Positions 19,801 through 28,130 of a stretch of 64,000 nucleotides of DNA are shown here, piece by piece (the stretch's first letter is position 1; each line of letters opens with the position of its first letter). The stretch is taken from positions 43,126 to 107,125 of the forward strand of contig JAFYKY010000004.1 of the NCBI GenBank assembly GCA_017537345.1, given 5' to 3'. The stretch is from Clostridia bacterium (GTDB lineage Bacteria; Bacillota; Clostridia; Oscillospirales; CAG-382). The notes below the pieces were generated by a model that was not told the origin of the DNA, made no database searches, and was given only the letters and a program-made list of their open reading frames with translations. Made by a program: the position numbers and the translations under genes.

Positions 19801-19902
19801 CCCGATAAAGATTTCTCCGGCACAGATACATTCACCTATACCTATAACAACCTTTTGGGTGAATCCGAAGAATGCACCGTAGAAATACGCGTTGCAAAAT
19901 AA
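16819..19902 (+). CDS. large secreted lipoprotein with two F5/8 type C (discoidin) domains, a DUF4855-like central domain and a C-terminal Ig/cadherin-like domain
   Basis: Signal peptide plus lipobox FCSC. Discoidin-like stretches YRYIKIRVYKGAAFFFIDEIEVYA and ARFVRLRVEADGWLYLDEMEAFG. C-terminal VDTLNPEKDYQLFTLASMPEHGTVSLLSDGTFAYYPDKDFSGTDTFTYTY is cadherin/Big-like. Confidence 0.6.
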   Translation: MKRFVRILSLFLAVLFVFCSCTTPNEQSTDVESSGDSEVSYDSENPNRTLISVGKPYKSVVPASSSYADYNGQQLTDGHKTPNTQVHYTDPRMVGYTSDGQFILDLGEDGKRITEIALRAFEFYSDGVKLPTHVRYSGSNDGEDWEGIDTAYFIPQGDRSVCVAKVVLDKPTDYRYIKIRVYKGAAFFFIDEIEVYADVPANKNVSLLEAYKNENIDKSAWKALSTSKKAEYSVSANIAYAKQCAYADCNFDNRAPAEGEKRNEKLQTFLTDGKPTGRFFGEDYWVGFTGKDGASPKITVNLGESYDNVYGFRVHAMGVGPDIVYPDYIDVYGSKDAKDYVLLGRVYAPAESVHFAYTLILKEFVNVKSVRFEFGGEGNFWVEEIEVLAGYDDAVLNELYPPLELPEVTEDEFWDASEADYTKYQNLLKGVKTHVAAAHYADILTYGKNTAPATNTALTDGKRAVTTDRGTGEYFYMQGGKGYNFFFDLGKVSSVDKLVLSFFEYKDWAINRPKFCDVFLSDDGVNWYKVGTRSASDDGEAKNNYRGTYEFVLDKTYSARFVRLRVEADGWLYLDEMEAFGTKAVTGKTVRLADSGMDSVIFYSNYNNAQYATTENTPIKAEDITLVYLDQKDLDNPKENMLLPYVAYLDKDGNIKDTFMDGFAYLPTSPLPSGVLAHEVPIMSDWEWLFNATFHSAYGFDGLEQTVQTVKDALGADFEDYKVQVYVSILTISNETDNFGDVDGDGVPETTKTAEDREKILRWYIGKCQKEFADCGYENLELGGFYWMNEAVIWEKDDSHIIAEVADIIHDMGSCFMWIPYYTANRYFLGYEMGFDFVNMQPNVAFDLDAPLWRFDSTAMLTKYNKMSVEIEHTRQSMSDIAFARNYMLYLYYGEVYGYIDSIHVYYNDRDNISAMGFSDDPLCRLQYDATYHFAKGTLDVTPDTKDKLVFDALANDVFVDTLNPEKDYQLFTLASMPEHGTVSLLSDGTFAYYPDKDFSGTDTFTYTYNNLLGESEECTVEIRVAK

Positions 19903-19918
19903 AAATGGTAAAACGAAT

Positions 19919-20860
19919 ATGAAAAATTATCCCATAGTTACCGGAAATTTTATACAACCTTTTGTGGCAACCAAATACGATCTTTCCAAATGGAAAGAGC
20001 ATTTCGAGCATCTGCTTGAAGTGGGTATTGATACAACTATTCTTCAGTGGACAGCAGATACTCCTTACGGCAAGTTTAAGGATTGCTGTTTTGAAACCGC
20101 TTTGTCGGCATTTGGCGCAGAGGAGGGGTACGTTTGTTACTCAAACTGTGTAAAAGATATGCTGGAAGCGGCAAAGCAAACGGGAATGAAGGTGTTTATT
20201 GGGCTCAATGTTTCCGATGAATGGTGGAAATTCAACCGTATCGAAACCGATTGGGGTGAAAAACAAGCCGCAATCGGCGTAGGTATGGCGAAAGAGCTTT
20301 ACGAAAAATATTATGCCGAATATTCCGATGTGTTTGCAGGCTGGTATTGGGCGTGGGAGCTTTACAACCACATGCCCTTGGAGCTTGCGGATACGGGCTC
20401 TTGGTTTATGAACCTTTATATAGACGGGCTTAACCAAATCGACCCTTCGTTACCCATTATGTATTCGCCCTTCTTAAACCAAAAAGCTTCTCCCGAAGCA
20501 ACGTTTCGTGCTTGGTGCAGATTTTTCAAAATATCAAAGCTTCGCAAGGGCGATATTTTCTGTTGTCAGGATTCTATCGGCGCAGGCTTTGTGGATATCG
20601 AAAACATAAGAAGTCTTTACAAAGCCGTGGCGGATGCGGTAAAAACCAAAGACGGTGTGGAATTCTGGGCAAATAACGAAAACTTTACTCCCGATTTCAA
20701 AGCCGCTCCCGTTTCCCGCTTTGTAGAGCAAATGCGACTTACAGACGAATATGTTGTTCGTCACGTAACCTTTTCATATTCCCATTATTACCATCCGTTC
20801 CGCTCGGCTGCTTTTCACGAGCAGTATAAAAAATACTATGAAACCGGCAGCGAAAGTTGA
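19919..20860 (+). CDS. glycoside-hydrolase-like TIM-barrel protein (DUF4434/DUF4855-like)
   Basis: Overlaps the upstream stop. No signal peptide. Similar to the central domain of the upstream lipoprotein (compare IGLNVSDEWW with GFYWMNEAVIW). Family call is tentative. Confidence 0.4.
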   Translation: MKNYPIVTGNFIQPFVATKYDLSKWKEHFEHLLEVGIDTTILQWTADTPYGKFKDCCFETALSAFGAEEGYVCYSNCVKDMLEAAKQTGMKVFIGLNVSDEWWKFNRIETDWGEKQAAIGVGMAKELYEKYYAEYSDVFAGWYWAWELYNHMPLELADTGSWFMNLYIDGLNQIDPSLPIMYSPFLNQKASPEATFRAWCRFFKISKLRKGDIFCCQDSIGAGFVDIENIRSLYKAVADAVKTKDGVEFWANNENFTPDFKAAPVSRFVEQMRLTDEYVVRHVTFSYSHYYHPFRSAAFHEQYKKYYETGSES

Positions 20861-20874
20861 CCGTAATTAATGTT

Positions 20875-22410
20875 ATGTCAACCAAAAAGAGAATTTTTAT
20901 TACATTTTTAATTTGTCTTTCCGCTTTCTTATTGTTCGGATGCGTGGAAGGCGGCCAAAATTCAACTCCGATTCCCGATGCTTCCGAGGGGGATATTCAG
21001 GTTTCCGTGCCCGAATTTTCCACCGCTTCGGAGGTAAAACGGGCGCTTGTCAAGCTTACGGACGAAAAGCTTTACCGCGCTTTGTATACAGAGGAGTGGT
21101 ACAAATCCTATCGGGAGATAGTTTCCGAAGTAAACGATTTTGTTATTTCTCCTCCCGAAAATGATAGCGAATGTATTTCCCAAGGCACTGCCTTGTACGA
21201 AAAGCTGCTTGTTTCAAGAGCTAAAGCCGAATATGCCCGCACAGACGTGCCCACAGTGCATATATACGCAGATAGGGAGATCGGCAGGGAAGAGTATATA
21301 GAGGCGAAAATCTTTATTATCGACAGTGTAAACGGCACAGACGGCGATATCGAAGAAACCATAACCATTCGTATCCGCGGAAATTCCACCGCCGTTGCGG
21401 AAAAAAAGCCCTATAACATAAAGTTCACGGACAAAACCTCCGTTTTAGGTATGAAAGAGGGCAGAAAATGGTGTCTTATTGCAAATCATTACGATAAGAC
21501 TTTGATGCGCAATAAGCTTGCCTTTGATTTTTCCGCGGCGATAGGTGATATTGCGGCTATCCAGAGCAGATATTGCGACGTTTATCTAAACAATAAACTG
21601 CAGGGAAGTTATTTGATCTGCCAGCCCGTGTCCGACGGCACTCTTGAGCTTGATACCAAAAAAGGCGATTTTATCGTTGAGCGTATTATTCTGCTCGAAG
21701 GGGAAAACGATTTCTTTCTTCGCGGCGGCGCAGGATTTGTTTTCGATACACCTGAAAGAGCAGAAATGACCCGCGGCGAGCAACGGCAGATAACTGAATT
21801 TATGGAGCAGGTCGATGATGCCATTGCTGCCAAAAACGAAAATAAGTTAAAGAAGCTTATAGATGTGGATTCCTTTGTTTCCGCTTACGTTATCCACGAG
21901 CTTTTAAAAGACTGCGATATGATAACCGGCTCAACATATTTCTACCGCAAGGACGGAATATTATATGCAGGCCCCATTTGGGATATGGACCTTTCCACCG
22001 GTAATGTTTCCCGTTATTATTTTCAGGATAAATACCATATTTATAATAACGCTGATGGATACGGCGATAAATCCGGCGACAGCGCTTCGGGGATATGGGC
22101 GCAGCAGGAGTGGTTTAAAAACCTTATGAAGTGCTCCTTCTTCTCGGATGCGGTAAAGGAAAAATACGCTTCCGTTTCCAAAGATATCGAAAACCTTTAT
22201 TCCGACGGCGGCTATATAGATACTCTCTGCCAAACCTACGGCGAATCCTTCGCCCGTAATTATAACGAGGCTGGCTGGGATATAAACCGACCGTACAGCG
22301 ATTACGAGGACGAAACTCCCGAAAGAACCTTTGAAGCAAACGTAAAGGAGCTCAAGGAATGGCTTTCAAGAAGAGATGCTTATCTTAAAGAGTATTTCGG
22401 GATAAAATAA
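20875..22410 (+). CDS. CotH-family (atypical kinase fold) lipoprotein
   Basis: Lipobox LFGC. CotH-like motifs KKPYNIKFTDKTSVLGMKEGRKWCLIANHYDKTLMRNKLAFDF and IWDMDLSTGN. Start uncertain (ATG 20875 has a weak RBS; TTG 20857 overlaps the upstream stop). Confidence 0.5.
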   Translation: MSTKKRIFITFLICLSAFLLFGCVEGGQNSTPIPDASEGDIQVSVPEFSTASEVKRALVKLTDEKLYRALYTEEWYKSYREIVSEVNDFVISPPENDSECISQGTALYEKLLVSRAKAEYARTDVPTVHIYADREIGREEYIEAKIFIIDSVNGTDGDIEETITIRIRGNSTAVAEKKPYNIKFTDKTSVLGMKEGRKWCLIANHYDKTLMRNKLAFDFSAAIGDIAAIQSRYCDVYLNNKLQGSYLICQPVSDGTLELDTKKGDFIVERIILLEGENDFFLRGGAGFVFDTPERAEMTRGEQRQITEFMEQVDDAIAAKNENKLKKLIDVDSFVSAYVIHELLKDCDMITGSTYFYRKDGILYAGPIWDMDLSTGNVSRYYFQDKYHIYNNADGYGDKSGDSASGIWAQQEWFKNLMKCSFFSDAVKEKYASVSKDIENLYSDGGYIDTLCQTYGESFARNYNEAGWDINRPYSDYEDETPERTFEANVKELKEWLSRRDAYLKEYFGIK

Positions 22411-22437
22411 CTGTATTAAAAAAAGGAGAAAAAACAA

Positions 22438-22749
22438 ATGTCAGTAATTCACGTAGATTCTTTTAATTTCGAAGAAGTAGTATTGAAATCCGAAAAAACT
22501 GTGCTCATAGATTTCTGGGCAACATGGTGCGGTCCCTGCCGTATGATCGCTCCCATCATAGAAGAAATCGCCGCAGAGCACCCCGAATACGCCGTTTGCA
22601 AGATCGACGTAGATAAAGCGGGTGAATTGGCAAAGCAGTTCGGTATCACAAACATTCCTACCCTTATCGTTATGAAAAACGGCGAAACGGTAAATAAATC
22701 CGTGGGCGTTATCCCCAAGGAAAAAATACTCAAGCTGCTTGAAGCATAA
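22438..22749 (+). CDS. trxA: thioredoxin
   Basis: WATWCGPCRMIAP active site. 103 aa. AAGGAG RBS. Confidence 0.9.
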   Translation: MSVIHVDSFNFEEVVLKSEKTVLIDFWATWCGPCRMIAPIIEEIAAEHPEYAVCKIDVDKAGELAKQFGITNIPTLIVMKNGETVNKSVGVIPKEKILKLLEA

Positions 22750-22767
22750 GTCCACCAAAAGAAAACA

Positions 22768-22810
22768 AAAAGAAGACACCTCTTTACGAAGTGTCTTCTT
22801 CTTTTTATTT
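22768..22810. terminator. bidirectional rho-independent terminator
   Basis: AAGAAGACACCTC-TTTACGA-AGTGTCTTCTT followed by CTTTTTATTTT. Confidence 0.7.
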
Positions 22811-23200
22811 TACCTGGAAAAATTCTATTGTTTCTCCCACGGGGCCGATACAGAAAGCAATTCTTGCTCCCAGAGGCTTGTCTGCCTGAATAACTATATC
22901 CGTAGGTTCAACGGTCACGGTGTAGCCTGCGGATTTTACAGCGTTTATGCAAGCATCGGTATCTTCAACGTCAAAAGCGATATGGCGCAAAGCCCCTTCA
23001 CCGAACACATCGGGTGCGTTGGAGAATATCTCCATCACGCTGTTGCCGGTGTCTACCATAGTTCCCAGATTATCTCCTTCGCCCCAGCTTCTCACCGTTT
23101 CCATTCCCAAAACGTTGGTATAGAAATTTACGGTTTCGTTATATTTTTCAATTCCCTTTGCTTTTATTGCAATATGGTGTATTCCTTTGGTAAGCTTCAT
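22805..23200 (-). CDS. VOC family protein (glyoxalase/bleomycin resistance/dioxygenase fold)
   Basis: 131 aa. HHIAIKAKGIEKYNETVNFYTNVLGMETV N-terminal beta-alpha-beta module and ALRHIAFDVEDTD second module. Confidence 0.65.
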   Translation of the reverse strand: MKLTKGIHHIAIKAKGIEKYNETVNFYTNVLGMETVRSWGEGDNLGTMVDTGNSVMEIFSNAPDVFGEGALRHIAFDVEDTDACINAVKSAGYTVTVEPTDIVIQADKPLGARIAFCIGPVGETIEFFQVK

Positions 23201-23280
23201 AGTATGTAAAAAACTCCTTTTTATTTCAGTATAGCATAAAAAGGCGGTATGTCAACCGTTATATTTGTACAAACCACAAC

Positions 23281-23309
23281 TTGAAATATGGCAGAAGATG
23301 TGTTATACT
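23281..23309 (+). promoter_or_regulatory. sigma-A promoter
   Basis: TTGAAA, 17 nt spacer, TATACT. Confidence 0.5.
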
Positions 23310-23340
23310 TGTGCATTATAAAGATTTGGAAGGCTTATAT

Positions 23341-24567
23341 ATGAAAAAGATTACCGCATCTGTTTTGCTGTTTTTGCTCCTTCTTTCATTTTCCGGATGC
23401 GACAGCAACACAAATACATCAATTCCCGATACGACTTCGCAAGATGTTTCCTTTACGGAAAACAGCCCCGAACAAAGCGAAGATTCTCTGCCTGAAGACA
23501 GCGATATTTCCGAAGAAACCGAAAGCACGGATGTTTCCGAAGATATAAGTGAAGAAATATCAGAGGAAGAATCTGTCCCCGAGGTGTCCGAGGAAGAATC
23601 CACCCCCGAAGTGTCAACTCCCGAAACCTCCCAGCCCGAAACTTCCCAGCCCGAGATCGTTTTGCCCCCTTACGTTGACGACGGCAAGCCCATATATCTT
23701 GACGGCGGATTCGTGCTGTATAAAGGCGCCGCCTATACCCAGTCCTTTTTCAGCGCCACGCAGGCGCCCAAATATGCAGAGGTTTACGATAGATACGCGG
23801 AACTATTCCCCGAATCCCGTATAAACGTAGTTATTGCACCTCTTGCCACCATAATTATTACCGACCCCGATGTTAACGCCCATATTTCCAGCCAAAGCGC
23901 TATTCTGGATAAAATGGAAGCGGCTATTACAAACGAAAATATAAATTTTGTAAACCTTAAAAACGCATACGCCGACCATCTGGATGAATATCTGTATTTT
24001 AAAAGCGACCATCATTGGACACAGCGCGGCGCGTATTACGCCTATGCGGAATTCGTACGCTCTATCGGCTTTGAACCTACACCCATAGAAGCCTTTGAAG
24101 TGCAGATAATACGGGAAAACTACATAGGCTCTATGTACAATTACACCGGCGATTACCGCGTAAAATATTTTACCGATACTATCGAAGCCTATATGCCCAC
24201 AAAGGAATGCACCATGACCATATACGGCGGTTTCGGTGTATCAACCTATAAAACCTGCATTGTCACTTCTATTAAGGGATACCCCGCATTTATCGGCGGC
24301 GACCATCCTTATATGGTTATCAACGTACCCGAAAACGATCAGGATAAGTGTATATTGATTATAAAGGACTCTTACGCAAACGCATTCATTCCTTTCCTTA
24401 CCGAGCATTACGGCAATATAGTTGTGGTTGACCCCCGTTATGCAGGCGACCTTAACGTGTGTGAAAAATTCAGCGAGTATCAGTTTGATGATATTCTTTT
24501 CCTTGTGAACTCGTCCATGGGCAACACCGGCGCGTGGAACAGATATTTCGCAGGACTTATAGACTGA
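23341..24567 (+). CDS. DHHW family lipoprotein (AlgX/AlgJ-like SGNH-type O-acyltransferase fold) with acidic low-complexity linker
   Basis: Lipobox FSGC. Ser/Glu/Pro/Thr-rich tandem linker (SEEESVPEVSEEESTPEVSTPETSQPETSQPE). FKSDHHWTQRGAYYAY motif characteristic of the DHHW family. Confidence 0.7.
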   Translation: MKKITASVLLFLLLLSFSGCDSNTNTSIPDTTSQDVSFTENSPEQSEDSLPEDSDISEETESTDVSEDISEEISEEESVPEVSEEESTPEVSTPETSQPETSQPEIVLPPYVDDGKPIYLDGGFVLYKGAAYTQSFFSATQAPKYAEVYDRYAELFPESRINVVIAPLATIIITDPDVNAHISSQSAILDKMEAAITNENINFVNLKNAYADHLDEYLYFKSDHHWTQRGAYYAYAEFVRSIGFEPTPIEAFEVQIIRENYIGSMYNYTGDYRVKYFTDTIEAYMPTKECTMTIYGGFGVSTYKTCIVTSIKGYPAFIGGDHPYMVINVPENDQDKCILIIKDSYANAFIPFLTEHYGNIVVVDPRYAGDLNVCEKFSEYQFDDILFLVNSSMGNTGAWNRYFAGLID

Positions 24568-24590
24568 TCATTTTGACTGTCCGTACAAAT

Positions 24591-25259
24591 ATGAAAAAGA
24601 AAACTGTTTTTGGAATATTGGCATTAACCGTTGCTTCCTGCGCCGTAATGGCGTTGGTAGACGGCGTTATACAGCCGGGATACGCAGTAAAATCAATAAT
24701 AAAAATTGCTTTATTTTTGCTTATTCCCCTGGGCTTTGCATTTTTGAATAAGGATATTTCCATAAAAACCCTTTTTAAGTTTAAAACAAAGCCTTTTCTG
24801 TTTGCCCTGTTGCTGGGCGTGGGAATATACGTGCTTATATTAGGTGCGTATTTTGCGGTAAGCCCTTTTTACGATTTTTCCGTTATTGTAGATTCGCTTT
24901 CTTCTACAACCGGTGTAACAAAAGATAATTTTTTGTTTGTTTCTCTTTATATTTCTTTTGTGAACTCTTTGCTTGAAGAATTCTTTTTCCGCGGATTTGT
25001 GTTTGTAAACCTAAAAAAGGGAACAAACCGAATTACCGCATACGCTGTAAGCTCTGCGGCGTTTTCCCTTTACCACGTGGCGATGATGATAGGCTGGTTC
25101 AATATAGGTCTGTTTTTATTGGTGCTGGTAGGTCTTGGGGTAGGAGGAATTATATTTAATTATCTTAACGAAAAACACCAATCCGTTTATACCTCCTGGT
25201 TCGTTCATATGTTTGCAAACTTTGCAATAAATACCATAGGCTTTATATTAATGAAATAA
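24591..25259 (+). CDS. CPBP family intramembrane glutamic endopeptidase (CAAX protease-like)
   Basis: Motif 1 LLEEFFFRGFVF, motif 2 FSLYHV, motif 3 HMFANF. Multi-TM. Confidence 0.7.
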   Translation: MKKKTVFGILALTVASCAVMALVDGVIQPGYAVKSIIKIALFLLIPLGFAFLNKDISIKTLFKFKTKPFLFALLLGVGIYVLILGAYFAVSPFYDFSVIVDSLSSTTGVTKDNFLFVSLYISFVNSLLEEFFFRGFVFVNLKKGTNRITAYAVSSAAFSLYHVAMMIGWFNIGLFLLVLVGLGVGGIIFNYLNEKHQSVYTSWFVHMFANFAINTIGFILMK

Positions 25260-25346
25260 AAGGATAAAAATAAAATTTCCTCTTTATTTTTGCTTTTATA
25301 TGTGGTATACTGTCCAAAATCATTTTTTCCTACGGAGGATCTACCT

Positions 25347-26324
25347 ATGGCACAAAAAGGTAATCTTATGATCTACCGTCCCGATATAAAGGTGCTTGAC
25401 GCCACTATTCGTGACGGAGGTCTTGTTAATAATTTCTTTTTTACAGACGATTTCGTAAAAGCTTTATATCAGGCAAATATAAAAGCAGGCGTAGATTATA
25501 TGGAATTCGGCTACAAGGCTTCCAAAGATCTGTTTGATGAAAAGGCATACGGAAAGTGGAAGTTTTGCGAAGAAGAGGATATCCGCGCTATCGTCGGTGA
25601 AAATAATACCGACCTTAAGATATCTGTAATGGCAGACGTAGGCAGAACAGATTACAAGCGTGATATTATAGATAAAAAAGACAGCGTTATCGATATGATC
25701 CGCGTTGCCACCTACATAAACACCATTCCTGCGGCTATAGATATGATCGAGTACTGCCATAACAAGGGTTACGAAACCTGCGTTAATATTATGGCAGTTT
25801 CCACCGCAGATTCCAGAGATGTGGAGCAGGCGCTTGAAATGCTGGGCAAAAGCTCCGTTGACGTTATCTATCTGGTAGACAGCTACGGCTCTCTCTATCC
25901 CGAGCAGGTGCGCGAGCTTACCGAAACCTATTGCGCGGTAGCGGAAAAATACGGCAAAAAGGTAGGTATGCACGCTCACAACAACCAGCAGATGGCGTTT
26001 GCAAACACCGTAGAATCCGTTGCTTTCGGCGCAAGCTATCTTGACGCAACTATGATGGGTATGGGCAGAGGCGCCGGAAACTGTATACTTGAAGGTATAT
26101 TGGGCTTTTTGCGCAACCCCCGTTACAACGTGGTATACGTGCTCAAATTCATTCAGGAATATATGCTCCCTCTCAAGGAGCAGGGCTTGGTTTGGGGTTA
26201 TGAGATTCCCTATCTTCTCACAGGTATGCTCAACCGCCACCCCGGTCCCGCTATCGACAAAATAAAGACAAAGGATACAAATTACGTGGGCTTTTATCAC
26301 GTCCTCTGGGATCGTGAGAACTAA
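25347..26324 (+). CDS. HMGL-like / pyruvate carboxyltransferase-type TIM-barrel aldolase family protein
   Basis: GGAGGA RBS. N-terminal LDATIRDGG resembles the DxxxRDG start of HMGL-like barrels. Conserved GMHAHNN and MGMGRGAGN-like metal/substrate motifs. Confidence 0.45.
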   Translation: MAQKGNLMIYRPDIKVLDATIRDGGLVNNFFFTDDFVKALYQANIKAGVDYMEFGYKASKDLFDEKAYGKWKFCEEEDIRAIVGENNTDLKISVMADVGRTDYKRDIIDKKDSVIDMIRVATYINTIPAAIDMIEYCHNKGYETCVNIMAVSTADSRDVEQALEMLGKSSVDVIYLVDSYGSLYPEQVRELTETYCAVAEKYGKKVGMHAHNNQQMAFANTVESVAFGASYLDATMMGMGRGAGNCILEGILGFLRNPRYNVVYVLKFIQEYMLPLKEQGLVWGYEIPYLLTGMLNRHPGPAIDKIKTKDTNYVGFYHVLWDREN

Positions 26325-26473
26325 AAAAACACCCCAAGAAAGGTTTTTAGGGACGTAACAAATATATTAAAAACGCTTTCTCGGGGACCCCGAAAAAATC
26401 ACCCCTAAAACCCCACAAAACACCGTTTTTAAGTACCGCAACCCAAAGTTGCGGTATTGCTATGTAAAGATGG

Positions 26474-26502
26474 TTGCAAAAAAACGGCTCTTGTTGTAAA
26501 AT
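26474..26502 (+). promoter_or_regulatory. sigma-A promoter
   Basis: TTGCAA, 17 nt spacer, TAAAAT upstream of the XRE gene. Confidence 0.45.
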
Positions 26503-26545
26503 AGACCCGTAAACAACGGCAGATATACGGCAAGGAGGAATATTT

Positions 26546-27181
26546 ATGACAAACGGCGAAGCCCTTGGTAACAAGCTTTACGAATTAAGAAAGCAAGCGG
26601 GATTATCCCAAGAAGCCTTTGCAGAAAAATTAGGCGTATCCAGACAAGCGGTTTCAAAATGGGAGTGCGGCGCATCCCTGCCCGATACGGATAATCTTAT
26701 AACCATAGCAGATCTGTATAACGTTTCTTTGGATGAGCTTATCGGCAGGTCCGCCCCCTCCAAAGCAGATACGAAGTGTACCGAAGAAACCGATTACGAG
26801 GACGAAGACGATAAGGAGGACGCAGAAGCGGAAGCCTATTACAGCGATGACGGCACCCCTGCGGATACGAAGCGTAAAACTCTCCGCGTATTACACGCTC
26901 TTCCGTATCCCGTTTTCACCACCGTTGTCTTTTTGCTTTGGGGATTTCTTCTGGATGCGTGGCATATCTCCTGGACTGTGTTTATAACCATTCCCGTATA
27001 CTATTCCGTGCTTGATTGCGTGCGGACAAAAAGATTATCCCCCTTTGCGTATCCCGTATTTATTACGTTCGTGTATTGCATCCTCGGTATGCAATGGGAT
27101 TTATGGCACCCTTGCTGGATATTGTATATTACCGTTCCCATTTATTATGCAGCAGCTTCGGCAATAGACAAAAGAAAATAA
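26546..27181 (+). CDS. XRE-family HTH regulator fused to a membrane domain with internal duplication
   Basis: HTH LYELRKQAGLSQEAFAEKLGVSRQAVSKWECGASLPDTDNLITIADLY. Acidic linker. Two similar TM units: YPVFTTVVFLLWGFLLDAWHISWTVFITIPVYYS and YPVFITFVYCILGMQWDLWHPCWILYITVPIYYA. Confidence 0.65.
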   Translation: MTNGEALGNKLYELRKQAGLSQEAFAEKLGVSRQAVSKWECGASLPDTDNLITIADLYNVSLDELIGRSAPSKADTKCTEETDYEDEDDKEDAEAEAYYSDDGTPADTKRKTLRVLHALPYPVFTTVVFLLWGFLLDAWHISWTVFITIPVYYSVLDCVRTKRLSPFAYPVFITFVYCILGMQWDLWHPCWILYITVPIYYAAASAIDKRK

Positions 27182-27274
27182 CATCGTACGGCGGGAAATA
27201 TTCCCGCCGTTATTTGAATATTGCATTTTAAATAAAAAGGTTGTATAATATATCCATTAATAAGAAAAGAGAAA

Positions 27275-28117
27275 ATGTATATGAGCAACATTGTTAAAAA
27301 CCAAACCTTTGATGAAGAGCGCGCTTTTTACGGAAGCACCTCTCTTACCGTTTCGGAATGCTCCTTTGACGGTCCCGCAGACGGGGAAAGCGCCTTTAAG
27401 GAATGTAAAATAATCAACGTGGATAACTGCTTTTTCAATCTCCGTTATCCCTTCTGGCACGTGGACGGATTAAAAATATCCCACAGCGAGCTTACTCCTC
27501 TTTGCCGTGCCGCCCTTTGGTATACAAACGGTGCGGAGATCGGCAACACCAAGCTCCACGGAATAAAGGCTTTGCGTGAATGTTCGGATATTTCCATTTA
27601 CGGCTGTGATATTGTTTCCGCGGAATTCGGCTGGTTTGTAAACGGTATTGATATGACCGATTGCAAGGTAGAGGGCGAATATTTTATGCTTCGCTCAAAC
27701 AAGCTTAATTTTAACGGTGTTACCTTAAACGGCAAATATTCCTTCCAGTACATAGAAGATTCCGTCTTCGAAAACTGCGTTTTTAACACCAAGGATGCTT
27801 TCTGGCACGCAAAGAACGTGGTGGTCCGAGATAGCGTTATAAAAGGAGAGTATCTCGCTTGGTATTGCGAAAACGTAACCTTTGAAAACTGCGAGATCAT
27901 CGGCACACAGCCTCTTTGCTATTGCAAGGGCTTAAAGCTTATCAACTGCGAAATGACAGATTGCGACCTTTCCTTTGAAAAATCCGAAGTTGAGGCAACC
28001 GTAACCACCCCCGTTATAAGCATTAAAAATCCTCTTTCCGGCAATATTTACGTTCCCGAATGCGGCGAGCTTATCTTCGATGACCCGCATGCAAAGGGCA
28101 GGGTTATTATAAAATAA
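27275..28117 (+). CDS. DUF3737-like right-handed beta-helix repeat protein
   Basis: 280 aa. Repeated NC(x)F / ENC(x)F / INCEM turns spaced about 22 aa apart, typical of parallel beta-helix. No signal peptide. Confidence 0.4.
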   Translation: MYMSNIVKNQTFDEERAFYGSTSLTVSECSFDGPADGESAFKECKIINVDNCFFNLRYPFWHVDGLKISHSELTPLCRAALWYTNGAEIGNTKLHGIKALRECSDISIYGCDIVSAEFGWFVNGIDMTDCKVEGEYFMLRSNKLNFNGVTLNGKYSFQYIEDSVFENCVFNTKDAFWHAKNVVVRDSVIKGEYLAWYCENVTFENCEIIGTQPLCYCKGLKLINCEMTDCDLSFEKSEVEATVTTPVISIKNPLSGNIYVPECGELIFDDPHAKGRVIIK

Positions 28118-28130
28118 CAGAGGTGCAAAC

